Origin: Ruditapes philippinarum
Taxonomy: Eukaryota
Reading direction: 5' to 3'
Assembly: GCF_026571515.1 (NCBI RefSeq)
Contig: NW_026857303.1
Span: forward strand, 124,001 to 188,000
DNA length: 64,000 bases
Program-made: the position numbers and the translations under genes
Notes under the pieces: model-generated
Database searches by the model: none
Seen by the model: only the letters and a program-made list of their open reading frames with translations
Told to the model about the DNA's origin: nothing
Shown here: piece after piece, positions 49,059 to 62,290 of the stretch
Numbering within the stretch: the stretch's first letter is position 1
Layout: every line of letters starts with the position of its first letter

Positions 49059-51181
49059 CAAGGGGCAGGACGTGAAGTGGTTGCACACTTGGTTCAAGCG
49101 AGCGAATTGGTTGCAAACTTGACAAAATGGCGAAAACGGCGTGATTTTTTGAAACGGGTGAACGAATTTTTGCCAGGCAAGTGGGTTTCTTTGTTTTTTT
49201 GAAGTTCATTAGTACCTTATTCCATAATGAAATATATATGCCACACTCGGTTAAAGGTTTCAGCATCCTAGATTCTGTTTTGACGAAGTTATTGAAGATA
49301 TAAACTGATCATGTAGATTTTTTGAAACTTGACATATGACTGTTCTGGCCGGTTTTTCTCCTAATTTATTCAAATTTGGAAGTTTTGAACTGCATTTAAC
49401 AATAACAAAATATGTTTCTGTCAATGCTGTACAAACGGTTTAGTTCGCAAGTCCGAAGATAACGTTCAATACACAAAAATATCTTGTTCAAGCACATTTT
49501 GGTTGCAGACTTATACTTCAAGCATTTTTGGTTGAAAACTTATTCTTATTCTATTGAAATTCATAGTAAAACTTTGCAAAAGGAGTGTAGAAGGTCATAT
49601 CTATTAACCTATTTTCAATGGCAATTATTGACATTTATGTTCTGTTACTTCTTTTTGTTATAAATGTTATTTATACTTTCTTCTTTTACAACAATTATGC
49701 ACTTTATGTTTCAAATTACATGGTTCTCAGTTCAATACTATAATCATCAGTAAAAACCTGCAAACAAAATAATAGCATATAGAAAAATATTTATTGATAC
49801 TTCAATTCTAAAATATGTCATCATATGTAAAATGCAAATGAAAACTACATACAAAACAAACGTATACATGTGAGAGTACTGTTGTATTTAAGTGAATTTT
49901 TTTTCATCATAAACATAAGGACATGTGCACACATACGATGTTATTCGGCAAAATTTCCAAAGTTTATCAAAACCACAAGAAATTTTAATTTGTTTGTTTC
50001 GTATGTAAAGATCAGCAGTTGCTTTAGACATGTACTTATAATGTTTTTACAAACCAAAAGTTAAAATGACGTACATGCTTGTTTACAATATTTCGGATTT
50101 GATGTCATATGTCCATTGGTATTCTAAAGATGATTTTGATTATTAGATCATAATATAAATGATATACAATTGGTTATTTACATTAACTGTTATGTGACAA
50201 AACTACTTAAAGTCATTGTTCGAGTTAGGGAATTTGGAAAAATTTTCGATTGGTCAATAATAAGGAACAATTTAAAGAAACATGTGAATAATGCCCTTGT
50301 GTCAATGTTAATATAGTTTTTATCTACTATATAATCAAATTTATTTCAAATCTCAAAAAAGAACAATAATGAAAGCTGTTTGTTGCTATTTTTTTCTTCT
50401 TTTCCTTTACAGTTAGTCATGCCAAGATATAAAAAAGTCCTAAGACTTTGTAAAAAGAAAAGGAGTATATCGAGGAGAAAAAATGATGAAGATAAACACA
50501 ACTGAACTTCAATTTAGCATATTGTGCTATATATCTATTTGAAGACCCTGTGTTAGGATATATCTGCACGCATGCACAATTTGTATATATATTTCTTATT
50601 AGATGAACCGGTATAATTGCCATAATATTGCTAATTATTTAAAAAAAATGATAAGTTATTCCTCGCTAAAAATATGCATGCCACATTATTGACACAAAAG
50701 TTTGCAACCAAAAATGCTTGAAGTATAAGTCTGCAACCAAAATGTGCTTGAACAAGATATTTTTGTGTATTGAACGTTATCTTCGGACTTGCGAACTAAA
50801 CCGTTTGTACAGCATTGACAGAAACATATTTTGTTATTGTTAAATGCAGTTTAAAACTTCCAAATTTGAATAAATTAGGAGAAAAAACGGCCAGAACAGT
50901 CATATGTCAAATTTCAAAAAATCTACATGATCAGTTTATATCTTCAATAACTTCTTCAAAACAGAATCTAGGATGCTGAAACCTTTAACCGAGTGTGGCA
51001 TATATATTGCATTATGGAATAGACGTACTAATGAACTTCAAAATAACAAAGAAACCCACTTGCCTGGCAAAAATTCGCTCACCCGATTCAAAAAATCACG
51101 CCGTTTTCGCCATTTTGTCAAGTTTGCAACCAATTCGCTCGCTTCAACCAAGTGTGTAACCACTTCACGTCCTGCCCCTTG
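49059..51181. mobile_element. Non-autonomous DNA transposon, ~2.1 kb, ~480-bp TIRs, 5-bp TSD AATAT
   Basis: CAAGGGGCAGGACGTGAAGTGG... (49059-~49540) is the near-perfect reverse complement of ~50700-51181; aatat directly flanks both ends; no transposase ORF inside. Confidence 0.92.
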
Positions 51182-51633
51182 AATATGATATAACGCGTTT
51201 CTAATGCCACGCAATTTTGAAACAAGGAAAAGACAAACAAATCAAAAGAAATTTCAACCCTTGCACAGATTTCTTTTTAAAGTTAAATATGTAATTACAC
51301 AGGATTCCATATCTCAAGAATTGTCGACGGATTCTTTCAACGTAAATTACAACTCATTATTGAACTTCGTGAAATCTCATTTATATCTCGCGTAAATTGT
51401 TGATCTGTTAAAAATATTGCATGTTAAAGGCCTATCAGAACGGGTTTCATTGATGGATTTCAGAGCCTAGTATAATTATATAATCAACCCTCATTCCTTC
51501 AAATGACTAATGGTGTATTTGAATGCAATGGAATGAAAATGAGAAATAAAACTATTTTTGGAGCATGATCAAGATTTAAGAATTGATTATGAGACGGACC
51601 ATTTTCTAAAATCTAAGGGAAGTAACTGTAACA

Positions 51634-52166
51634 CAAGGTTTCAAGGTTTCAAGGTTTATTGAATACGTCAGGGCCCATATGGGCATGTGACAACATAAAA
51701 CAGTACATACATACAAAATAATACAAAATGGCAAATAATATGTAAAAACAAAATACTACAAAATGGCAAATTATAAATGGTCATACAACTCCATGATGTA
51801 ATAAAATTACTGTAATAATTGACTGATAATGGAGGATGAGAGAGAAAAATCAAAAATCATTGCGAGAAAAAACAAAGAGAAAATACATAATCTAATAAGC
51901 TAACATTATTTAAATAATAACATAATATTTTTGCAAAATATGGCAAGTTTCAAAAGGATATCTTTATTACTATGGTTCATTAATTTTTCAAATTTTAAAG
52001 CACTTGGACGTTCATAGAAATATTTATCAAGATACAGCTTTCTTGTATTAACTAAATGTGAACATTCAAAAAGATAATGGAATTCGTCGCCTAAAGAGTT
52101 ACTGGTACATAGGTTACAAGTTCTAAGTTCTCTTGGAATATCATCAAACCTTTCTTTTTCAATAGG
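51634..52166 (-). mobile_element. 5'-truncated non-LTR retrotransposon (ORF2 C-terminus, 3' UTR and tandem tail)
   Basis: Minus frame 52166-51906 reads PIEKERFDDIPRELRTCNLCTSNSLGDEFHYLFECSHL...LLFK* (C-terminal CCHC finger of LINE ORF2); ends in aataaac followed by (cttgaaac)n. Confidence 0.85.
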
Positions 52167-53203
52167 ACAACATAACTTGAGACCGGTGTAGGGGAAGTAA
52201 CGAGTATGTTTTACTTTATTGAAAATTATATAAAGTTTAGTACTGACTTCTATCAGGTGAGTACACAGCTACTAAATCTATATCATCTCGTCCAAATTAA
52301 GGTATTGCATCTTGTTAACGAGTTCATTAGAATCAGTATTGTTCCCAACAATGTACTTTATTTCCTTTAAGGAAAAACACATCAAATAAATCAACATTGT
52401 GTTTTTATTATATATGAGTAAAATACAAATAAAGCCGATAACATCATTAACCTGATATACTGTATTGATAAATATATTTCGGGTACAATATGGAATTGAT
52501 AGGAATATTTTGGACTCGAAATGAATACGAGACTAAATTAATGAGATTGAATACAATCATGATTCATTTGGAGGATCACTCGGTGCAAACGTTGAATGTT
52601 CATGATATAAATGGTCTTATAGCAAGTTGGCTTAATAAATGATAAAACATAATGTATATATTTTTTATATATATGCTATAGTTGTTTTACTGGTGTCCTT
52701 TGAGCCTTATGTTTTAATATCTTTCCTTTGTTGCAACCAACAGATTCGCGCGGATAAATCATGGACTTTGTGATCTGTTTTATCTATACGATAAATTATT
52801 TAAAATCAATTGAGGTAAATTTTGAATATTCGGTACTACAACAATTGATAACGAACAATAACTTTCATTTGATAAACAATGATAAACAATGATAATCGAC
52901 TGCATATCAATATCAGAATACCTTAATATCATAACAAGATTTTATATTCCTAAGCTTGAAATGTCATGGATAAACATTATCAGTTGCGAGGAATATGTTT
53001 TAATGAACCACAATATGTATTGTTATTATACAAGTACTTGTCATAAAAGTAAAGTTCTATTGGTACTGACAAATAAAGCTTGTTTTTGAAGGAGCATTAT
53101 AATCGAGCTATTAAACAAAGATTTGAAAAATATAGGATAAGTGCTCTAACCCGTATTCTTCCGTTATTGTACAGACTATCTGGAATGTACTTGTACTGGC
53201 AGT

Positions 53204-53503
53204 GGTGGTGGTATTAGTAGTTTTCACTCCGGATCATGGACGTGAGCGACAACGAGTTTACCAGAGCACAATTCAGCCACCGAATCGTTCCTTAGCAGGC
53301 TGTCGAGCAGTTCACTTGTGCTATAGTTGCATTCACTTTCGCAAGGAACTTAAAACTTCTGTACACGCCAGAGCAAAGGTACAGTGCGAATGCCGTAGAA
53401 AGGATTTCATGATGAATTACAACGAAAGTGACCTGCACTGTCCGGAAATCGGGTCACCCGATTCACAGTCCAACGCTCTACCCTTTGAGCTAACAGGATG
53501 GCC
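53204..53503 (-). mobile_element. Near full-length tRNA-derived SINE with 10-bp TSD
   Basis: Minus-strand head ggccatcctgttagctcaaagggtagagcgttggactgtgaatc; central catcatgaaatcctttctacgg block (Meta-domain-like, from memory); (acc)n tail; TACTGGCAGT at 53194-53203 and 53508-53517. Confidence 0.85.
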
Positions 53504-55616
53504 TTTCTACTGGCAGTAGGCATTGAGAAGAATGTTTCTACTTTCATATCGTAAGTTTACTTTAGAATAAAGGATTTAAATACATTTACTAAATCGCTCT
53601 GGACGTCTAACAAAAAATGTGTTTACCGTCCGTGGAAATGTAGGTTGAATATATAATGTTTATTCTCAATTTTTTTCTTTCTTCAGTAAAATCCTTTAAG
53701 ATGTATTGTCTGCAATCCAAATCCCTTATAAAAGCAATGGTCAGTCCCGAATTCAAAGCCGATTGCGGTTAGCTGCTGTGAACCAAAATATCAAATTCGT
53801 TTAAGATGTGATACATTAAGCCAGTGTTCAAATTCTTCCTCAGAATCTAGACTGTCGACACATATAGCAAAGATTTATTTAGGTAACTATTTATACGAGA
53901 CAAGTAGACGGGATATATGCATTTTGTATGTTTAAGTAGGTTACTTAAGCCATATATCGGTTGGCTTTGTCCAATGAAAGAGTCCGTATTCTGCTGCACT
54001 AATTGTAAAATGTTTTACACATATGGCTGTCAGTTTCTCTGAACTAAGTAAAATTCTTCACTGTTTTTGACCGTGAAAATATATAAGGCCTTTCTAATAT
54101 TGGCAAGATATATCAGCTACCAAAATATGATAGCAAAGATCAGCATGGGACGGCGTGCGTCGTTCACTGAACCCTAAGTTTAAAGACATTCAAATGAGTG
54201 AAATATTACATTTGGATTATAGAAATTTTGTTTATAGCTACAGAAAAGTACAAGGAACAATTTGTTTTTGCAAAGGAATTCCTCATTTCCACTCATTGAA
54301 TGACAATTTTGAGCATAATGAACTTGGTACAGTAAGAATTCAGCATCGCATTAATAGAGATACATGAATCATACTTGCACGCTTATCTTTCCGCCAAAGT
54401 GGTACTTGTTAAAATTGAATTTCAATATGCTTTAATGTTTACAAAATTATACGGTATGTAGATTCTACTGTGAATACAAGTTCCCTTTAAATATCATTAA
54501 GTCAAAAAGCATAATTTTATGTGAGCCGTGTCTGAACATGACAGATTGATTTGAATGTTATTGCCTTTAAATTGTCTTTGGGAACCAATGAATTTGAATA
54601 TAAGAATTTAAGATGCAATAGTTAATATCATTTAAAAAAAATCTTTAATGATCAAAATTATTTTTTGTCCAATCACATTGTAGTATTTTTCAAATTTCTG
54701 CTAAGTCTAACTTTGGTTAATGTGTACTAACTAAATAAAATTCACTTAATCTGTCGTCTAACCAGTCTAACAAATTTCAATAATGCATTATATTAGGGAG
54801 GAGTTAGAGGTGTGATTTGCACTCTGAATGGTAAAATATCTAGGTTAGCAAAACAATGCCAACGTAAAAAAAATTAGGCGATGTCAGGTGTTGATACAAT
54901 CAATTAATTTAATGCATAGATAATACATGTGGGGCACGCAGAGACAAATGATTACATAGTAACTTTTTATACCCTTTTAACTCTAAGAAAAATGTCTGTT
55001 ATAAATTGCTGACTGTTTTAAACTTTATATTTTCTAGAAAAAGTAACCAAAACATTATTTTCTTCCACTTGATAGGAATGAACTGCATTAACAATCCTTG
55101 ATATTAAGAATACAATGATTAATTTTTTGGCTGGAATACTCATTGAAAATGGACCCCCTCCACCTTTAAACCTAAATTGACACACAGAAAAAAATGAACT
55201 GTTTTTCAAATGAGCGATTCAATAGGGATTTTAAATGTTAGTGAAAAACTTGAAGCTAATAACGATTTGTATCAATTAATAATCTCTAATTTATTTTTCT
55301 CACATTTTCCATTTATTTGAAAAGGATGTACATATTTCATTAACTCCATTGTTTTCACCTAATTGCATCATTTTCCTCGCTGTTTTTTTTTCTCTCACAT
55401 ATTTTATAGAAACACGACAGTCTTACTGTAGATAAAGGTATACATTCTGTGACATTTAGTAAAAAATGTGCCTGATTATATGTTGAAAGGGCCATTTATT
55501 TAGCTTATCTAAATGTGACATGTTGGAAACCATCTTGTAGAGCTATAGGGCGGAGCTATCGGTGATTTAGAGAATTGCCTTGTTTTTGGTTTAAAAAAAA
55601 TAATGTTGATCATTAA

Positions 55617-55723
55617 ATAGGTTAATGTTTAATAATACGCATTAACAAAAATAATTGGTCGCCTGCCTGCGGCATGCTTGACCAATTATTTTTGTTAATA
55701 CGTATTATTAAACACTAACCTAT
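55617..55723. repeat. Near-perfect 44-bp-arm inverted repeat upstream of the Rab gene
   Basis: ataggttaatgtttaataatacgcattaacaaaaataattggtc / gaccaattatttttgttaatacgtattattaaacactaacctat; 2 mismatches, 19-nt loop. Confidence 0.9.
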
Positions 55724-55777
55724 ACATAACCCGCCTCTTTTTGGTATTTATTTCCCTTCATTGTAAATTAACATAGA

Positions 55778-55815
55778 TCACGTGACAGTCATGTGACTAA
55801 ACCAATATGGTGGAC
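55778..55815 (+). promoter_or_regulatory. Tandem CLEAR/M-box-type E-boxes plus CCAAT in the Rab promoter
   Basis: TCACGTGAC (55778-55786), AGTCATGTGAC (55787-55797), CCAAT (55802-55806), ~180 bp upstream of the ATG. Confidence 0.6.
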
Positions 55816-55974
55816 GGTAGTGAAACTGAACAAAACGGATGTCATATATTTGAAAAATTCAAAACACATTTCCCTTCCTTTTCCACGAAAAAAGATAAAT
55901 ATATATTAGTAGACAATTAATTATATGGAATTTTTGTTGTTCATGATTATGTAAGATAATTAGAATTGTCCCAG

Positions 55975-58900
55975 ATGGCGGCGAGAGAAGTTAAACTATG
56001 TTTGCTTGGAGTGAGTTTCTTTTTCATTTGTGTTACTGTTCTGCATAAGTCAAGTTTTTAAAAGTGTCATTCGGTATTTTATGCACTGCTTTCATTAATC
56101 TGGTTCCCTGTCATATTATGGTTCCCATAGAAGTGTGCAGTGGTCCTGTTTATGCATCCATTTTCAATCAGAATTCTTCGACTTTTATTGTTACTTTGTA
56201 AGTCAAAAAGTTGCGATTGTTCCATTATCAGAATACCCCGCCATTTATGATATCATTGCCTTATATTTTTATACAAATCTCGGGTACATGTACTGTGTGA
56301 TAATTGTGAAAACATTGATTTATTGTAGGACTCTGGTGTAGGAAAATCCAGTATTGTACTTCGGTTTGTCAGAGATCAGTATAAAGAAAACTTAGAGAGC
56401 ACCATAGGGTATACATCTAGTATAGTGTTATTTCTTTCTTTAATAACTCTTTAGAAACAATGTTTTTCTTTTTATGCACCCTAGTAACTCCAATTTTGAT
56501 GTACCAGTAATTCTGTTTTATCAATTTAATAATTGTTTTTTTTTTATTATTTGGATTTTTTACTATAAGAAGTTCAGACTGTTAGATTACTTTATGTACA
56601 TGTACTTACTTTAAGTTTATTAACATAGCAATGTGATGACACATGAAATGATTGATTCACTAATTGATACTCATATTTAATTACTATAAATTAAAACTGC
56701 GTTAGCATGACATTAGTAATAGTATGTAAACTTTTCCAATTTCTTCTACCAACAGCTTAAATAAGATTATTATTTTACAAATGTATATTAAAAGAAATTC
56801 ATAAATAACCATAGCCCTTCCATGTGATACCTTCTTTTTGTAATTCAATGAAGTACACCCTGGAGTCATTTTATACCCTATTCAGTTAATTTATATTGAA
56901 ATTCCTTTGATTGTGATAGTAACGTAACATATATTTTTCCATACAGATTTTTCTATATCTATTGTAGTGCATCGTTTATGACAAAACGTATAATTGTTGA
57001 TGGAAATTCATTTGTATTCCAAATCTGGGACACAGCTGGGCAAGAGAAGGTATGTTCAGAAAAAGTTTTAATTTTTACAAACCCACACTACAGTGTTACA
57101 AGTATTTTATATTGCATAAATGTTTTAATGAATAATTGGCAAATTTATGTTAGATTTTGTAGAAATTCAAAACAGGTTTTAGCTCATATGTTTCAATAAA
57201 AAGGCTTAATAATACATGACGATGTATTGATCACTGAGTCATCATTGTTGCGATTATCTTGCAAAAACTTTAATGTTACTCAAACACTTAAAACTGAATC
57301 TTCGCATTCATACTTATCTGACAAGATGCAGTTGGTAGATAGTGTGACCCGGTTATATTCTGAAAGCTATATTGTTTGAGTTATGCTTTGTTTTAATTTA
57401 AAAAATTCCTCAAATTTGCTTATTAAGTAGAATGATTTCAAATCTATCACAGATCTCAACAAGTAACATTGCATACTTGGTTATCATGACAAGACAAGGG
57501 ACATTAATGTCCCCACAGCTAGATTTTACTTACTTGTAATAGAATTAGTGTCAAAATTACTTACCATACTTTTGAACTACATTTATATGAAAGGCATGAA
57601 CATGAAACATGGATCGTGGTAAGCTGCAGATGTTATAATTGGGGATAATCCTGAAACTATTGTGATGTTCCTTTTTTTTACTAAGAATTTTTGTAAATAT
57701 TGGTGTATTGAATAAAATTTTGAAAACTGTCAAAGATGTTGTACTCAATCTTGGCATACTGTCTAATGAGGATGAAGCAGATGGCATGTCTGTAGGATAA
57801 TTAGGAGAAATAAATGATAAGTATTTCTAGACCTCTGCCTCTTTTACTTGGTAACTAATTGAACTTGAGTATTAATTCTCTTGAATATTCACATTTGCAA
57901 AGTTATTGATTATGCAGAAAAAATTAACAGTGATAATACCACTACTCTTCAATTTAATTTGTTTTAATTGTTGCAATCAACAGGGAAAAATTTGCACCAA
58001 ATGTGTTGTGCTTGTTTGTTTTTAGAAAATTATATGATACCAGTAAACTAAAAACTTAAAAAAGTGTATAAAAAATGTATTTAACTTTTCATGCCACGGC
58101 CTACTTGTCAACCTGTAGTCTGATAAAAAAGTTTTACTATGTTTAACCAAACACAAAATTTCCTATTTTTTAATGCTGTATTTTTTAAACAGATGCATAT
58201 TTTTCATATAAAATAAGCTATTCCATAAATTTCTTTATTTTCTCTTTACAATTCCTTTGTCAGATGAGAAAAAAATGCTTATGTTTTGTTACTTATCATT
58301 CCTGTAAAGTGATATATGATTGAATATAATTATATTTACAGTATAGAGCTCTGGCCCCCATGTATTATAGAGGTGCATCAGCTGCTATTGTTGTTTATGA
58401 TGTAACAAGGGAGGTAAGTCTGTAATACTTATATTTAAAAAAGTAGAATGATATACTTACAACCTATATGAAATAACAATTAAGATATTTCAAACATCCT
58501 AACATAACCTTTACAAGTGGCTAAACAATATATGTGTATTTGCTTAATGGAAGGCAAATGGTTATAAAAAGATGCCAGTGTTTTGTCTGAAAATAATAAT
58601 TAATATTACTTTTGTCAACCCATTTATGTACAGCTACATGTATAGCTTACAGATAGGGTTTTTTCCAAGCAACTTGCTTCTTTTTAAAGCAGTGTATGGA
58701 TTGTCAATTTAAGTGCTCCTTCTCAAGTCAAATTAATAGTTTGGGCAGGACTTTAAAACTTTAAAATATCAACTAATAGATAAGAAGTTATTGTAGCTTA
58801 AGTGAGAGTGTACCTTGATGCAAACTGAAATCTCTCAGAATTTAATCATATAGTTTGTTGTCATTAATTTAATTTAAAACAACATCATGTAAAAATTCCT

Positions 58901-60105
58901 CTGGGAAAAAAATCTAGTCATCTTTAAATGACAGGAAATTATTCTGTCAATATAAGAGTAAGTTAGGTTGTTTCATAGGGAAGAAAAATATGTAACATTG
59001 TAATATGAAATTGGTAATGAATGTAACAAGTATTTAATAATAAGGAAATAAATCCATGTTTGGTACAAAATCAATTATACATTTACTCAATATAGTAACA
59101 AAAAAATATTTTTATTTATGTGTTTTCCATGAAGGTCAGTATTATTTAATTATCTAGTACATAAAAAGGAAGGGAGTTCAATGTAATATTTGTTTGTATT
59201 TTTGTTCTTGAAGAAAAGGCATATTGTCATGACACACCTGTTTGCATTGGCCCAGTGTCTATTCTAGGAGAGGATATGGGCGGATTCACTCATATTTTTG
59301 AGAATTCCCCCTATTTTTTCAGAGGCAGGGGGGAAATTTTGCATAGAGAAAGAAGGAAAAAGATCAACAAATGTAAAAAATTCTTACTTTTCGATAAAAA
59401 TCCCCCCGGTTTTTTTGAATCCTAGAATAGACACTGTTGGCATTGATTAACCTATTCTATTATTGTTTTTGTTTATGGTCATAGAATGCAATAATTACAA
59501 AGCTATTACTTTGAAACTGAATATGCAGAATGAGATGCATTTTGATGAGTTCTACCTGCACATCCATTTTCTGGTCAAAATATCATAGGTCAAGGACTCT
59601 GGTACCTATAATAGAGAAACATGATATTGGTCATTAAATTAAACTTTAATGACCTTGAAACTTAAAAAATTTTGTATGTGCATGCATCTTAGTGAGTCTT
59701 ACCCATCTTACCCAATTTGGATCTAAAGGTCAAAGTTCAAGGTTACTGTGACCAGCTTTAACAGTAAAATATGATCATTACATTAAACATAATTTCTCTA
59801 GCTCAAAAGACTTCAGTGAACAGGATTTATAGTACTTCTAGACTTGTTTCACAGTGTCAAAATAAAAGTGACATACAAAGTTATGGAAGCCAGAACTAAA
59901 TTTTTCAAACTATCTCTTCATTACGAACACTGAGAAAAGTTAGTATGCTACTTTAGGACAGCTGTTGTTTGTTTATTGCAGTCATCATTTCCTGGTGTTA
60001 AGGACTGGATTAATGAGTTAAACAAGAATGCATCAGGGAATATTGTCATAGCAATTGCTGGCAATAAATGTGACTTGGAGGATCTCAGAGAAGTTGATAC
60101 AAAGA
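55975..60105 (+). CDS. Rab22/Rab31-like small GTPase, exons 1-5 (3' exons not found in the window)
   Basis: Exons 55975-56010, 56329-56408, 56968-57049, 58342-58413, 59982-60105: MAAREVKLCLLGDSGVGKSSIVLRFV...ESTIGASFMTK...[31 protein letters not shown]...IVIAIAGNKCDL; no ETSAK/prenylation exon seen before 64000. Confidence 0.88.
59253..59436. mobile_element. 184-bp hAT-like MITE in Rab intron 4
   Basis: Perfect 17-bp TIRs CAGTGTCTATTCTAGGA / TCCTAGAATAGACACTG; flanks ttggcc / ttggca. Confidence 0.8.
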
Positions 60106-61268
60106 GTATGTTGTTTTCTTGTTTAAATTGTATTTTTCATTTTTTTTTGTTTTTCTGAAAATTGTATTGGGACTTTATTCAATTAAACTGAATCCGCAAA
60201 TTGTATGTTAAGTAATACTTTCAAGATGCACTTCGGGAAATGGAGTTTAATATCAATACAAGCTGATGTGTTGTCTTGTTTATATTGTATGATTTAAAGA
60301 TATTGACACCCCTTAGGATATTAGTAAACTGAAAGACATCATGAAATTTGATTATCTTCCTATGTGCTTGATAAAATGAACATAGCCTTTTGATTATTTA
60401 AATTTGATATATCTCATGATATGTTGTATAGATGTTTTGTAGTAAATCATGCAGGGCAGACCGCAGTCGTCATGAATATTATCACTCATCTAAACTCCAT
60501 AACATATAGCCTCTTATACTGATATAAGATACCTTGCAGTTGCTTCCCTGTATGATTTAAATTTATTTCAGTTGAATCCCAGGTGTAATTTATAACTGTA
60601 ATTGTTATAGTTAAAAGTAGAACTCTGTTTTATGATATTCAGCTTCACAAAGGATATGTTTATACATTTTGAATCAACATGCATTCTGCTTTTGAAATGA
60701 TACATGATAGTGATTATTTAATAATGAATCTAAATAACATTTGATTTTTGTGTATGTATAGAACTGTTGAGAAATCAAATTTTATCACATACATTGCTTG
60801 TAATTAATATAATATACATGTATTATATGTTTCTTCATATTACACATATTTATAAATTGCATGTCGTCTTTAAACCTTTGTGTGACTTTTTTAAAATAGT
60901 ATATTAAACAAATTATTTTATTGTATTTTATGTTTTCTGGCTTTATAATATCATGTAATGAAGAGTTTTTTTATTCATAGTCATTTCCTAAAGACTGGTA
61001 TTGAACTTATCTTAAAATTTTGAGCATTATAAAACTTGCCAGAACTTTAGTAAACATAAGTTGATAGTAAAATATAAATCATGTAAGGTCCAATATCATA
61101 TGATGTAAGATTGTTTAAGCCTTGTTAGAATTATTTTGTATTTATCATATAAACTACAGTGCAGGAGTGTTAAAAACAATTTAATGAAAAGGTATTACAT
61201 CAATGATCTTCATGTATATTTAACGAACTGCTTGTTTGAGGGGAATGGTTTTTATTTTGTTTATAGTC

Positions 61269-62290
61269 TGTAGAAAAACACATAGACAGTATAAGTCAAA
61301 ATTAACCTTTATTGACAGTCCAAGAAATTATATTTACAATGTATAATAAGAAATATTCTTAATTAAGAATTCTCAATACATGTATATCAATATATAAAAT
61401 TCTTAGACAATTTATTTCAATATAATAACAATTATTTATTAAAATTAAGTTGGGGAAATAATTATTCACTTAGCATTATGAGACCATTTTGATAATTAAA
61501 ATAGGTAACAGGTACCATGTCAACAAAATGTATATAATAAAATACTTAATTTACATTACAAAAATCAATGTTCAATGTATTCATGTGTTCCAAAAATATA
61601 AGTCAAACTATAAAAAACATGTTGTAAGTAAAACATAAAGTTACATTTTTACAAGTCAGTAACTAAAGTAAGTTTACAAAATTTCATTTCCTATAGATTT
61701 TAGAAAAAGAGTTAAAATATAAAATAAAGTTTAACATGAGTTAAAATATAAAATAAAATTTAACATACCTGTAGAAAAACACATAGACAGTATAAGTCAA
61801 AATATATCCTTTATTGACAGTCCAAGAAATTATGACTGTCTAACCTTAAACTGTCTCTTTTATAGGTATGTTTTGGAATTGTTTGAAAAGTAGAATTAAT
61901 TTATTAATGGGTTTTCACTTTGAAGTTATAAATGTCAAAAACTAAGAAGGAAACAAAGCTGTGATATTTTACCCAACTATTATTCTGTATTTGTTTGTAT
62001 TTACTCTATAAAAAACAGTCCATCTGTTAAACAAAGAAAAGTGCTAAAAAGACCTAAAGTGCTTCCTAGGCATAAGAAAAATGTGTTGATTTAACAATAT
62101 CTTAAGTATGTTTGACATGTTAAGAATGATGGTTTCTATCCCAAAGCTTGAAGAAGTTATTACTGCAAAAAATACATGTTATTTAAAGGTTTAAATTATA
62201 AAATACAAACAAGTAAAATATACATACAAAATGGACAAAAATATGCATTATGTAATATAAAAATATAACTCATATTTGGGGTTCCTTATA
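61269..62290 (-). mobile_element. Putative 3' LTR of the intronic retroelement
   Basis: Minus strand: purine tract CGAGGGGAAT (62300-62291) then TATAAGG...; ends AATAAA...gtgtttttcTACA at 61269; the last ~63 bp are also present at 61770-61833. Confidence 0.55.

Noticed and set aside
49021-51182. Paired ORFs starting MLKPLTECGIYI
   Set aside because: Products of the two TIRs; frames diverge and no transposase motifs are present.
57690-57800. Coding-looking stretch in Rab intron 3 (NIGVLNKILKTVKDVVLNLGILSNEDEADGMSVG*)
   Set aside because: No in-frame acceptor compatible with the phase-0 intron and no recognisable homology.
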